45,166 bases of DNA from a virus (IMGVR_UViG_3300020426_000007:1-45166); one strand, 5' to 3'; positions 26,497 to 35,355 are shown, counted from the first letter of the stretch. The notes: generated from the sequence alone by a model not told the origin. A program made the numbers and translations.

Positions 26497-26961
26497 TCAT
26501 GCCTCCTTTTCTATCTGCTTTTTGAAGAGATACCCAACGTGTTCATAGCCAAGTCTCTCATACAAACCTTTGATTTTATCCATGTATACACCTGTCGATA
26601 TACCTGGACGCAACTCCGTTGCTCCCTTTTCTTTAGCCCACTCCTCAAACTTCTTAACAAGTTTGACTGCCGCCATTCCGCCTCTTTTTGATGGTTCAAC
26701 AAACCATAAATAATCCCTTGCATAAATATCGTTCCCAAAGAAGTGTTGCTCTAAACACCCTAAGTACATACCAAAAAGTATGTCATTGTCGTCCACTGCA
26801 ACAGCAACAAATCCATTTTCATCATCTATTAGGCTATCAGCCCACTTGTATAACTTCTCCTTACTGTAGTCGGATGAAATAAAACTGCTTTCCGCCCACA
26901 TTACTGCCCCTAAATCTACTCCTATTTTTATATCACTTTTCTTTGCGTATCGTATTTTCAT
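26497..26961 (-). CDS. GNAT-family acetyltransferase
   Basis: MKIRYA...D, WFVEPSKRGG and LYERLGY motifs. Confidence 0.88.
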   Translation of the reverse strand: MKIRYAKKSDIKIGVDLGAVMWAESSFISSDYSKEKLYKWADSLIDDENGFVAVAVDDNDILFGMYLGCLEQHFFGNDIYARDYLWFVEPSKRGGMAAVKLVKKFEEWAKEKGATELRPGISTGVYMDKIKGLYERLGYEHVGYLFKKQIEKEA

Positions 26962-26973
26962 TAAGTTACCTTA

Positions 26974-28536
26974 TTAAACTGCGGATATTGCTACTGCCAG
27001 TACCACCTCCAGATTTGAAGCAGAGCTATTGTTTGTTACAATAAATCCAACACTGTGAGATTGAGATGTTGCGTTGACCTCAATAACTGAACCCAGCGCA
27101 GATATTTCTGTAGGTACAGAACTCACTGCATGAACATCGCCATAACCCACTCCATCTACTGCTATTTGTACTGAACAAGTACCAGTGTTTGTTTGTAGTG
27201 CAATACCATCAATGGTTATTTTTTGTTTGAAAATTCTTTTAATTACATACGGGCTGTTTGCGGCTGTTGTAATGATTGCGTAAAAACTGTCCGATGCAAG
27301 AGTTGTTGGCAACTGATTCTGTGGTAGCTTACCTTGAGAATCCAAAGAGGCCACACCAGATGATGCACCTTTTTGGTTGATCGGGATAAGACCTGAGAAA
27401 TCAGGATTACCATACTCAAGAGAAGTTCCAGTGTTATTAACTTTAACAAATTTACCAGCATCAGTTGTTTGGAAAGTAGGCAATGAAGATTCTGGCGAAG
27501 TTCTGAGGAACATTGTCCCGTCATAAAACTTCAACTGATTTGGGTTAATAGATGTATCGTGCCATAAATCACCAGTGGCAGGGTTTGTTGGTGTATTCGA
27601 TCCAACTGTTATTTTGGCTTTCTCTGTTAGACTTGATGTTAGATTAGCAACTTTTGCCTGAGCTATGTCTCCATCAGCTATGCTGAGTTTTGGAAACTTA
27701 ATTAACCCCGTGTCCGTGTGGACAAAGTTTTCCTCAAACATCAAACCTGTCACAGCTTGGACAGAAGTGTTTTCTACTGTGATTATGGTAACTAGGTTGT
27801 TCGCTGGCACACCTGTATTAAACTGAATAACATTTTGCGCAGGGATTGTGGTGTAGTCATCTGTTCCCCCTTCTTTCTGCAAAATACCGTTCAAGTAAAC
27901 TTGTAACTTAGTGTTCTCATCATGAGTAAATGGAAAGTTAATCTGTGTTGCAGTCGTCACTGTGTCTGAGCGTGTGTACCCAGTAATCGAAGTTGATCGA
28001 ACTTTGAATATTGTAACCGAGTCACTTGTTGTAAGGCCCGTGTTAAATGTAACTGATCCCGCACCAGATGACCCACCAGTAGCGCTTGTGGTGTAATCAT
28101 TAAGAGCGCCCTCTGCTTTTAATATACCGTTTTGGTATACCAACAATGAGTCTGTTGTTGAATGAGCATATTCAAACTCTGTTTGTCCAGCCGTAGGAGT
28201 GAAATCAACTCTTCCAAAAAATATTGGCGCACCGATTTCAGATGCCTGCGCACCGTCCTCGCCACGAAGTTCGGCTAATGTTGCAAGAGTTTGCCAACCA
28301 GTGTCGGCGTTTGCATATTCGCCAACTCTATATTGGATGCCAGACGAACTATCTTTTCTAAATTCGACTGGACCATTCCAGTTACCAGCGTTGTCAAAAA
28401 TTTTGCCTAGAAGTTCCCCGATGGTGTTATCGCCAATCTCAGCGGCGTTTAGGTATCTGATAACTGATTCAAATTCAGTGTTTATGTTACCAGAACTTCC
28501 ATAATTTTGGGGGTACTGTTGTCTAATTCTTGCCAT
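26974..28536 (-). CDS. tail fibre / appendage protein
   Basis: Two tandem VY.NGIL..EG...DYTT...FNTG domains; PTNPATGDLWHDT and GVASLDSQGKLP fibre motifs. Confidence 0.75.
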   Translation of the reverse strand: MARIRQQYPQNYGSSGNINTEFESVIRYLNAAEIGDNTIGELLGKIFDNAGNWNGPVEFRKDSSSGIQYRVGEYANADTGWQTLATLAELRGEDGAQASEIGAPIFFGRVDFTPTAGQTEFEYAHSTTDSLLVYQNGILKAEGALNDYTTSATGGSSGAGSVTFNTGLTTSDSVTIFKVRSTSITGYTRSDTVTTATQINFPFTHDENTKLQVYLNGILQKEGGTDDYTTIPAQNVIQFNTGVPANNLVTIITVENTSVQAVTGLMFEENFVHTDTGLIKFPKLSIADGDIAQAKVANLTSSLTEKAKITVGSNTPTNPATGDLWHDTSINPNQLKFYDGTMFLRTSPESSLPTFQTTDAGKFVKVNNTGTSLEYGNPDFSGLIPINQKGASSGVASLDSQGKLPQNQLPTTLASDSFYAIITTAANSPYVIKRIFKQKITIDGIALQTNTGTCSVQIAVDGVGYGDVHAVSSVPTEISALGSVIEVNATSQSHSVGFIVTNNSSASNLEVVLAVAISAV

Positions 28537-28537
28537 C

Positions 28538-30049
28538 TTAATCCCTCACTGTAATTGCAAACCCGATAATCCTGAGAAGACCGCGCCCACCAGCGCTTCT
28601 AAACCTATACTGGGCCGCTAGATAACGGTGTTGCCACTTACGTTCGTATTGACGAGATAATGGCACATCAACAAAGTAATTGTCGTCCTTTGTATCATCT
28701 ACTTCTATAATCATTTCCCCAATGACTTTTCCGTTTTGGTCTTGAGCATCGACTGTAATTGTTCCTTTGCCAGCCGCTTGGATTAAAATGCTGTGGGTTT
28801 CCTTGGTATTCTGCAAACTTCCGTGCCAGAGTAGTGGAGTTGTTATAGTCATATCGGGGGTAAACGCACCCTCTTTTTCTGATTCAACTTTAAAAACATC
28901 GTAGATACCACCTACCGTCCCAACAACAAAACGCCCGTTAAGGAACGCACCGCATCTTTGGTTAAGAAAAGAACCCGTACTAAACTTTGGTTGAGCGTCA
29001 CCCCCTTCGGGGTTGAGCGCCAAAGTTAGTCGTCTTGTGATAAAGTCTCCACTCTGCGGGAAAAATATATGATACTGCCCCTCGTCTTGGTCAAAGACGG
29101 CGGAAATCTTTTCTGGGTTTTCTACCGAGTTGAACAGTTCTCGATACAGGAGGTCTATCTTGTCCGAGAGACTGTAAGAATATACGAGGATGCCGTTCTC
29201 TTCGCTTCGTTTGATGCTGTGAATACCAGATCGTGAGCAGAAAAGTAGGTCCGTCCCCGCGTTCACTATAGTATTGTGGCTGGCACAACCTATATGTATG
29301 TTCGCGCTGTCGTTTATTGTCCATCTTGTAAAGTCAGGGTCAATCCTAAAGATTAACGCCCTATCCGCTGTAAAAATTACCAACTGGTTTTGTTCAAATG
29401 ATCCAAGACCAGTTATCTGATCCGCCGTACCTAATTGGTTGGCGATGTCGAAGAACCCAGCACGAAGGACATTTGTTTCGTCGTCAGCTTCGTCGTCTGG
29501 AAATATTTCGTCTTGGTCTACTCTCGATAAATGTACCTCCGTTTCTCGTCCAGGGATGCCAGCAACAGCTAGTCTTCTTTGGACCGAAGCCATGTACGCT
29601 GGCCTTAAATCGTTTAATGCTGGCGACTCGTTGCTAGAAAAAACGATACCATCATATCTATAAACTGGTTGACCTCTTACAGCGAAGAAAGCCATTTGGT
29701 TAAATATTGTAGATGAGACAACTTCTTCTTTGTCATACACACCAGTCAGTACGTGGTTACGTTCTGATTTAAAGTTTAACGCCGCGCCATCTTCTTCAAC
29801 GTAAACAATCTCTTGTTTGTTAAAGAAGGCAATGTGGTTTACAGGATGTTGCCCCTCTAAAAATTTGTGGGCGGGGTCACGCACTATCTGACCCCGCCAG
29901 TCACAAGTAGCATTGTCAACAATGGTAAGGTGCTGGTCCTTACCAGTGTCCAGGGAGGTGACATCTCTACTCGTGTCTAGTCCTTGAAAATTCTCATATG
30001 CGTATGTCTTTAGTTTCAGCCCAGAGGCAGACTTTACTGATGATGTCAC
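28538..30049 (-). CDS. tail nozzle / head-stabilisation protein
   Basis: Beta-propeller-like composition (RRLAVAG, IGCASHNTI, LFCSRSGIHS); follows the adaptor gene. Confidence 0.75.
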   Translation of the reverse strand: MTSSVKSASGLKLKTYAYENFQGLDTSRDVTSLDTGKDQHLTIVDNATCDWRGQIVRDPAHKFLEGQHPVNHIAFFNKQEIVYVEEDGAALNFKSERNHVLTGVYDKEEVVSSTIFNQMAFFAVRGQPVYRYDGIVFSSNESPALNDLRPAYMASVQRRLAVAGIPGRETEVHLSRVDQDEIFPDDEADDETNVLRAGFFDIANQLGTADQITGLGSFEQNQLVIFTADRALIFRIDPDFTRWTINDSANIHIGCASHNTIVNAGTDLLFCSRSGIHSIKRSEENGILVYSYSLSDKIDLLYRELFNSVENPEKISAVFDQDEGQYHIFFPQSGDFITRRLTLALNPEGGDAQPKFSTGSFLNQRCGAFLNGRFVVGTVGGIYDVFKVESEKEGAFTPDMTITTPLLWHGSLQNTKETHSILIQAAGKGTITVDAQDQNGKVIGEMIIEVDDTKDDNYFVDVPLSRQYERKWQHRYLAAQYRFRSAGGRGLLRIIGFAITVRD

Positions 30050-30543
30050 GGTTTAACGGTCCCATTGAATGTACTTGTCGTCCCTCCGTTAAGGTTTCTT
30101 TTGTTTGTACCTTCATCCATGACACGCATTTTTAGTTCCGTGTTTCCATTCTTAGCCTGCCAAAGCAGTCTATTCATAGTTTGATAATACATAGGAAGAT
30201 ACATCTGTAGCTTATCGCTACCTTGCTGAAGGGCATAGTGATAGAGCAATCCATTAACCAAAATAGGATCAGGAATAGCCCTGACTTCTTCTACAGATTC
30301 GTAGTAGTCAAGAGGATAATTTATATCGTGATATGGGTGCTGGCGGATGTCATCTATTATAGTGTTGGCAAATTCCAACATCATAAGCATGACATCACCA
30401 TCAACAGTACCAGGGTGGAAGTCCCCATATCGGCGTAAAGCCTGCATGATTAGCGCGGACAAAGGAGAATTTTTGTCACGGACATGAGGGTTCGTGTTAC
30501 TGGTAAACGTAGCTGTCGTCTTGGTCTCAGTCCCATCTTGCAT
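30046..30543 (-). CDS. putative head-tail adaptor
   Basis: 165 aa, helical (LIMQALRRYG); position between the capsid region and the nozzle. Confidence 0.6.
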   Translation of the reverse strand: MQDGTETKTTATFTSNTNPHVRDKNSPLSALIMQALRRYGDFHPGTVDGDVMLMMLEFANTIIDDIRQHPYHDINYPLDYYESVEEVRAIPDPILVNGLLYHYALQQGSDKLQMYLPMYYQTMNRLLWQAKNGNTELKMRVMDEGTNKRNLNGGTTSTFNGTVKP

Positions 30544-30545
30544 GA

Positions 30546-30863
30546 TTAGCCTGCCTTCTTAACTACTCGACCCGTTTTGACAAAGTGATTTGCCATAAAT
30601 CGTTCTACGTCATCAGCCTTGACCTTCCACTCAAGACGACCACTAGAAAAATTTCTCAACGCTCCATATCCAGCGACTTCAAACATGCTAGGTTCTTTCT
30701 CCCTAGACTCAAACCAAACAAGTTCTGGCTTGAAGGCAGTGGCCTTTGGTTTTACGACAGGTTTTTCGTCTTGCTCAAAAGCCTCGTTAATGTCGGGAGT
30801 TGTGGGGTCGTCAGCTTTATAGTGACCTTTAGCGTTTCTTGCTCTTTTAGGTTTTGTTGCCAT
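30546..30863 (-). CDS. hypothetical virion-region protein
   Basis: KRARNAKGHYKADDPTTPDINEA motif; ATG at 30863 behind GGAGG. Confidence 0.75.
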   Translation of the reverse strand: MATKPKRARNAKGHYKADDPTTPDINEAFEQDEKPVVKPKATAFKPELVWFESREKEPSMFEVAGYGALRNFSSGRLEWKVKADDVERFMANHFVKTGRVVKKAG

Positions 30864-30876
30864 GTTTTCCTCCAAT

Positions 30877-30904
30877 AAAAAAAGGGGCGCTTTTGCACCC
30901 CTTT
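30877..30904 (-). terminator. intrinsic terminator after the major capsid gene
   Basis: Minus strand GGGGTGC-AAAA-GCGCCCC followed by T7. Confidence 0.85.
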
Positions 30905-30934
30905 AGTATACTCACTTTTAGGAAGTGGTCGTCC
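30905..30934 (-). promoter_or_regulatory. putative phage-specific promoter P3 (GGACGAC-N17-TATACT)
   Basis: Starts immediately after the capsid stop codon. Confidence 0.75.
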
Positions 30935-32122
30935 CTATCGGGTTGACCAATTCTTAATGTACGAATGTACCTTATCTTGAAGCATCTCCAAACCGCACTC
31001 AGTTAAATACTCATGCTTGGTGCTGTCTGCGTCAGGTGCTTGGCGATTTTCTAACAACTGAGTATCACGACCTTCTAGGTAGCGATAAGACAGATATGGA
31101 AAATCAATGATAACCATTGCAGTCTTCATGCCAGGAACTTGTCTGAATTGAGGGTGCAAATGTACCATCAAATCGCCCGCAAAAGTTGTGTATTGGGTCA
31201 GATTCACCCCATACGCTCCTTCGTACTGCGTTGGTTGCCAACGGTCTTTACCGATTTGCTGTAGCTGGTTAGCCACAGTTTCACCGACAAAAGCGATCTT
31301 TTGCTTAGAGCCATACTTAAAGACAGATGAGATGAGCAAGTCATCAAATCCAGCTTCAGTCATTTGACCAGCATTAGAGCCGCCATATGAGGCGAAGTCT
31401 GTAGAAACGTCCACAACATTGGTAAGACTGTTGATGATACCGCCTGTGAAACGCACTGGCTGATTAACAGTAGTTGCGTCCTCATGCTTCATGCCAAAGA
31501 ACATAGCTCTCTCGATGTCGCTCATGTGGAGCTTGAGAGCTTTTGTCATTGCTTCATCCAACTTGTCACCAGTTCTTAGGTAAGTGCTTTGCAAGGTGTT
31601 TGATACTTGAAAAGCTGTCCTAAAGATTTGGCAATAGTTGTTGGATACAACTGCGTCGAACGAAATAGCAGTAGGACTGGACGCACCTTCAGCCGCCGCA
31701 AAGCCAGCAATGAAGAGTTCAGCATTATCCGCTATCTGGTGAGTAGTCCCACCAATGTTTCGAGTTACAGTTAATGTAGTACCAGTTGTGTCTGCGGTAA
31801 CGTGCATCACCTCACCAGTCTCACTGTTTACAACAATGGAACCAGAGATTGCGAATTTGTTATCGTCAGAAGAGTCAATAGTAATAGTAGTAGTAGATGT
31901 ACTAGCTACTGCACCATCAACTTTCATTTTCCTATCGGGCAATTCATCTCTAAAATTCTTATACTCAGGGTCATCTGTTCCCTCAGACGAACCCATAGCA
32001 AGCAAAGCATTTAGAGGAGCATTACCGTTAGGCTCCAAGAGCGTGAAAAGCTCTCTGTAGTTTCGGGGTCTAAAGTCAGTCGTAAACTCACCTGTACCCC
32101 TAAGTCCTTGAATAGCCGCCAT
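30935..32122 (-). CDS. major capsid protein (HK97 fold, SU10/DUF5309-like)
   Basis: NYCQIFRTAFQVSNT, DIERAMFFG, R.TGGI and E.GLE motifs; follows the scaffold; strong SD AGGAGG; followed by a terminator. Confidence 0.9.
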   Translation of the reverse strand: MAAIQGLRGTGEFTTDFRPRNYRELFTLLEPNGNAPLNALLAMGSSEGTDDPEYKNFRDELPDRKMKVDGAVASTSTTTITIDSSDDNKFAISGSIVVNSETGEVMHVTADTTGTTLTVTRNIGGTTHQIADNAELFIAGFAAAEGASSPTAISFDAVVSNNYCQIFRTAFQVSNTLQSTYLRTGDKLDEAMTKALKLHMSDIERAMFFGMKHEDATTVNQPVRFTGGIINSLTNVVDVSTDFASYGGSNAGQMTEAGFDDLLISSVFKYGSKQKIAFVGETVANQLQQIGKDRWQPTQYEGAYGVNLTQYTTFAGDLMVHLHPQFRQVPGMKTAMVIIDFPYLSYRYLEGRDTQLLENRQAPDADSTKHEYLTECGLEMLQDKVHSYIKNWSTR

Positions 32123-32208
32123 GACTAATCCTCCTAATGGTTTAGGTTAAAAAAAAGGGTTAGAGCGAGTTAGGGGCCATTGTCATCCCTAAACATCTGT
32201 TGTTACGT

Positions 32209-32226
32209 GCAAGGCCGTAGCGTTGC
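32209..32226 (-). promoter_or_regulatory. leader hairpin GCAA-C-GC-UACG-GC-C-UUGC
   Basis: Same architecture as the hairpin at 33431-33448. Confidence 0.6.
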
Positions 32227-32244
32227 GTTAATCGTATGTTTTGG

Positions 32245-32275
32245 ATATTAGACTATCTAAAAAAGTTTTTCGTCC
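32245..32275 (-). promoter_or_regulatory. putative phage-specific promoter P4 (GGACGAA-N18-TAATAT)
   Basis: Intergenic, between the scaffold terminator and the capsid gene. Confidence 0.75.
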
Positions 32276-32283
32276 CTATTTTG

Positions 32284-32334
32284 AAAAAAAATACCCTCGG
32301 ACGGAAGGGGACACCTAAAATCCGAGCCGAGGGT
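32284..32334 (-). terminator. probable terminator after the scaffold gene
   Basis: ACCCTCGG...CCGAGGGT stem (alternative CTCGGA/TCCGAG) followed by A and T8; large loop. Confidence 0.6.
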
Positions 32335-32349
32335 CAGTTAGGGAGGAGT

Positions 32350-33420
32350 CTAAGCCATTCCTCTTTTCGACATTGCGGCATTAGCCATCCTGTCGAATGT
32401 ACTCATCTCTTCTGCTGGAGCGGCAGATGAGCCTCCTCCAGGTGAGGAACCAAGAGAACCTGTGTATGCCTGACGGTTCATAGCTATACCCCGTATTCTT
32501 TCCATTTCTGGACTATTCATATTATTTGCGTAGTCTTGCATTACTCTCATAGTAAGCGTTTGGTCAGCAAAGTCTTCCATAGTAAACCCACGTTCTGCGG
32601 CAAAAACCATAAAGTCATTTGCCTTGTCGTCTGGAAGACGTAAAGCCGCTTGTGCCTGATCTAAATTATTAGCGATTGACTGCTTAATAGCCATCGTCTT
32701 GTCTTGGGTGGCATTTTGCACCTGATCTCTTGCGGCATCAGCTACACCTTGAGTTCTAGCCATCATTGCCCGAAGTGCGTTTTGCGTTTGGGCTAATTGT
32801 TGTTTAATAGCCTTCATCTCTCCACCACCATTAACTAACATTTCTTTGTAGCCTGGAGGTAGTTGAACAGCGTTATCCTCTTCCCATTTTGACAGTTGGT
32901 CATTCAATGGTTGAGTCATTTTTGAATCTGTTGGACCCTGAGACCTTTCGCCCTCTGTGTTTCCCATAGTTGGGTTTTTCACTTGAGCCATGTAGATGGC
33001 TTTCATCTGGTCTGCAAATTTTGATGGGTCTCGCAAGTCAGGGTTTGCTTGCTGTATCTGCCTTACCAAATCCATAACTGGTTTGTATTGGGCGTTCTGG
33101 TGGTTCATTGCGGAATAGCGCTCAAAGGTTCCTTTGATTTGCTTGTCGGTTAATGTCTTCATAACCGAGTTTCCGTCTTTATCTTTTTCACCAAAATCTA
33201 TTTCATAAACCACAGCTTCAGCGGCAACCTTGTCACCTTCTGTATTAGGTGATCCTGTACTTGCGGCTTTTTCTTGGTTTGTTTCTTTTGTTTCTGCTTG
33301 TTGTTGAGGGGTTTGTTGCGGGGCTGTTGCGCCGCCTGCTTGGGGAGGGACACCCATTTGCTTTGAGGCTATCGCGTCAACAGCATTTTGCATGTCTTCC
33401 TTGCTTTGTGGTACTGCCAT
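32350..33420 (-). CDS. capsid scaffolding protein
   Basis: Gln/Ala/Met-rich, helical, with disordered termini; directly upstream of the capsid gene. Confidence 0.75.
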   Translation of the reverse strand: MAVPQSKEDMQNAVDAIASKQMGVPPQAGGATAPQQTPQQQAETKETNQEKAASTGSPNTEGDKVAAEAVVYEIDFGEKDKDGNSVMKTLTDKQIKGTFERYSAMNHQNAQYKPVMDLVRQIQQANPDLRDPSKFADQMKAIYMAQVKNPTMGNTEGERSQGPTDSKMTQPLNDQLSKWEEDNAVQLPPGYKEMLVNGGGEMKAIKQQLAQTQNALRAMMARTQGVADAARDQVQNATQDKTMAIKQSIANNLDQAQAALRLPDDKANDFMVFAAERGFTMEDFADQTLTMRVMQDYANNMNSPEMERIRGIAMNRQAYTGSLGSSPGGGSSAAPAEEMSTFDRMANAAMSKRGMA

Positions 33421-33430
33421 TTTTTTCTCC

Positions 33431-33448
33431 TTCCAGCCGTAGCGGGAA
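33431..33448 (-). promoter_or_regulatory. leader hairpin UUCC-C-GC-UACG-GC-U-GGAA abutting the SD
   Basis: Its 3' arm runs into the AAGGAG of the scaffold gene. Confidence 0.6.
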
Positions 33449-33467
33449 TTAAGTTGTTAATAGGACG

Positions 33468-33498
33468 AATTTAATATACGGATTAAACGCTGTCGTCC
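33468..33498 (-). promoter_or_regulatory. putative phage-specific promoter P5 (GGACGAC-N18-TAAATT)
   Basis: Upstream of the scaffold gene; a second, inverted GGACGAA lies at 33463-33469. Confidence 0.7.
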
Positions 33499-33737
33499 TT
33501 ATCCAGCGCAATTTCTGCCTCCAACTTTGTCGTTAGTCTGAGGGGCATCTCCAACATTCTGTTAGCCGCCCAGATTGCTCCACGCCTAAAGTTGATTTCA
33601 TTTATTTCCATGTTGGGATTATCGGCTATTTGCATCGCGGCAGTAACAATCTCTGCCTCCATGACCCGCCTTAATGTTTTCCAACCGTTTGAATTTTCAA
33701 GTGATTTAATGTTTTTAAGGTCAGTTTTAGATGACAT
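33483..33737 (-). CDS. small pre-scaffold protein
   Basis: 84 aa, GWK.L...INFRRG pattern seen in small podovirus genes before the scaffold. Confidence 0.7.
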   Translation of the reverse strand: MSSKTDLKNIKSLENSNGWKTLRRVMEAEIVTAAMQIADNPNMEINEINFRRGAIWAANRMLEMPLRLTTKLEAEIALDKDDSV

Positions 33738-33865
33738 TACTTTTGTTTTTTACCTTTCCTTACAGTTGCTTTTGTAGCAATACATGTTTTGTTAGCTTTA
33801 CCTTTAACGCCAGAACCTCCTGTTCTGTTTTCGCTTAAAGTTGGTTTCTTTATTTTTAGGTCCAT
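33737..33865 (-). CDS. small basic protein (42 aa, not in ORF track)
   Basis: MDLKIKKPTLSENRTGGSGVKGKANKTCIATKATVRKGKKQK; TAATG overlaps at both ends; SD GGAG. Confidence 0.7.
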   Translation of the reverse strand: MDLKIKKPTLSENRTGGSGVKGKANKTCIATKATVRKGKKQK

Positions 33866-34131
33866 TATTTATCTCCTATCTGAAGCCCAAGTTTCATAGC
33901 CACCGCGACTGCAATAAAGACCAGAACGGAGGTGGTTATTAGTTTAAGAGCCGTCTGGCCCATTGTCTTTTTTGCAGAACGCCATGAATCTATTAAATGT
34001 CTTAGCTCTCGGATGTCTTTATGAGCATCAGCGCCATCAAGACCCACCTCGGCTAAGGCTTGCTGTGCGCCGTCCTTAGCGGCTTGCGTCAGCAATGCTT
34101 TTAATTCCTCGTTATCAAGGTCGATATTCAT
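33865..34131 (-). CDS. DUF6127-like membrane protein
   Basis: GA..ALAEVGLDG.DA..DIRELR.L.D...TA...ITT followed by a TM helix. Confidence 0.75.
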   Translation of the reverse strand: MNIDLDNEELKALLTQAAKDGAQQALAEVGLDGADAHKDIRELRHLIDSWRSAKKTMGQTALKLITTSVLVFIAVAVAMKLGLQIGDK

Positions 34132-34162
34132 TAGTTAATCCGCAAATCTCTTGTTGTTTTTT

Positions 34163-34834
34163 TCATACACTATCAGATACTTCTATATCCTTCGTCCCAA
34201 AGCCAATATTAAAACCTATAATAATTCTGTTTTGACCTGACTTGTTGGGTTGAGAGGAATGTGGGAGCCAGCCAGGGAATAGAATTACCTTTCCTGTCTC
34301 TACTGGTATTTCATCCCTAACTTTAAATAAACATTTATTTATATCACTAACTTGAAACATAGTCTTTGTAATCCAAGCAGGGTCAGAAAAAACTAAATTC
34401 CCCGCATTTGGCTCTGCCTTGGCGTAGAAAACCCCACTAAAAATACTGTTTGCGTGAACGTGTTCTGGGATATACCCGCCGTCTGGATAAACGGAAAGCC
34501 ACATAGTTTGGAGTATTGGGAAGTGTGAAAGCTCGCCATAAGCAGACGAAAGCATTTCTTCTACACAGTCAAGGATTGCTTCAGCGACAGGAACCCACTC
34601 CTTGCTTTCAAATAATGTTCGGTTATCCCCAAAGGATGTTGTGCCAAACTCATCCTTTTCTTTCTTATTTTTACCGCGAACTTGTTCGTTCCACTTATCA
34701 GAAACCAACAAAGGTTGCTTGGAGTTTTTGTGAAACTCCATAGCCAAGTAAGCCGCTCTTTCAACTACATAGAAATTTTGTAACTTGGTTGTAAATACTG
34801 GCGTACTAAAAAGGTTTTCAACTTTACTCGCTAT
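34163..34834 (-). CDS. 2OG-Fe(II) oxygenase-like protein (TIGR02466-like)
   Basis: HVH...SGVFY, G.L.F.DP, ILFPGWLPH and RIIIGFN; the frame extends upstream to NLFSTPVF, so the start is uncertain (ATA at 34834 or TTG at 34747). Confidence 0.85.
   Translation of the reverse strand: MASKVENLFSTPVFTTKLQNFYVVERAAYLAMEFHKNSKQPLLVSDKWNEQVRGKNKKEKDEFGTTSFGDNRTLFESKEWVPVAEAILDCVEEMLSSAYGELSHFPILQTMWLSVYPDGGYIPEHVHANSIFSGVFYAKAEPNAGNLVFSDPAWITKTMFQVSDINKCLFKVRDEIPVETGKVILFPGWLPHSSQPNKSGQNRIIIGFNIGFGTKDIEVSDSV
34167..34197 (-). promoter_or_regulatory. putative phage-specific promoter P6 (GGACGAA-N18-TAGTGT)
   Basis: In the last codons of the oxygenase gene, 35 nt before the next gene. Confidence 0.55.
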
Positions 34835-35346
34835 TAGCCCTCCCCTTCTTCTTCTTCTGAGGGTGGATCAACGTAGTCAGGCTCATCAGGTCTTTTAGGC
34901 CACACTATATCGGCAGGGTCTTCGACCTCTGCATAAACAGTGGTTAAATCTCTCAGTTCTTGACGATATGTTTTCCACTTGTTTTTTGTAGCCGTTGTTA
35001 ATTGGTTGTCAGTAAGAACTGACCAGTCTGATGCGGCAAGGAGTTGATTTCTTGGCATACGAACCCACATGTCTAAACACATTTCTGGGCTAAATGTTTC
35101 TACTTCCCAGTCCCAAGAAAAAACCCTTACATCATTTTCATCAGTTTTTGCAGACCACCCTTTGCGTTCAGCACGTTGGTTTGGTTTTAAATCTGGAACA
35201 TTTGGCAGAATAGCGGCCCAAACTTTGTTTTCCCAGCCTGCTGGCGCATCCTTGATAAGATTGGCATGATTGTCCTGATGTAAAACAATATCAGTTGGTT
35301 CTCCATCTTCATCGAGGCATACATAATAAAAATCTGAGTCGCTCAT
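34834..35346 (-). CDS. tail fibre assembly chaperone-like protein
   Basis: RNQLLAASDW...W.TYRQELRDLT....WP..P motif. Confidence 0.85.
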   Translation of the reverse strand: MSDSDFYYVCLDEDGEPTDIVLHQDNHANLIKDAPAGWENKVWAAILPNVPDLKPNQRAERKGWSAKTDENDVRVFSWDWEVETFSPEMCLDMWVRMPRNQLLAASDWSVLTDNQLTTATKNKWKTYRQELRDLTTVYAEVEDPADIVWPKRPDEPDYVDPPSEEEEGEG

Positions 35347-35355
35347 TTAATTCTC

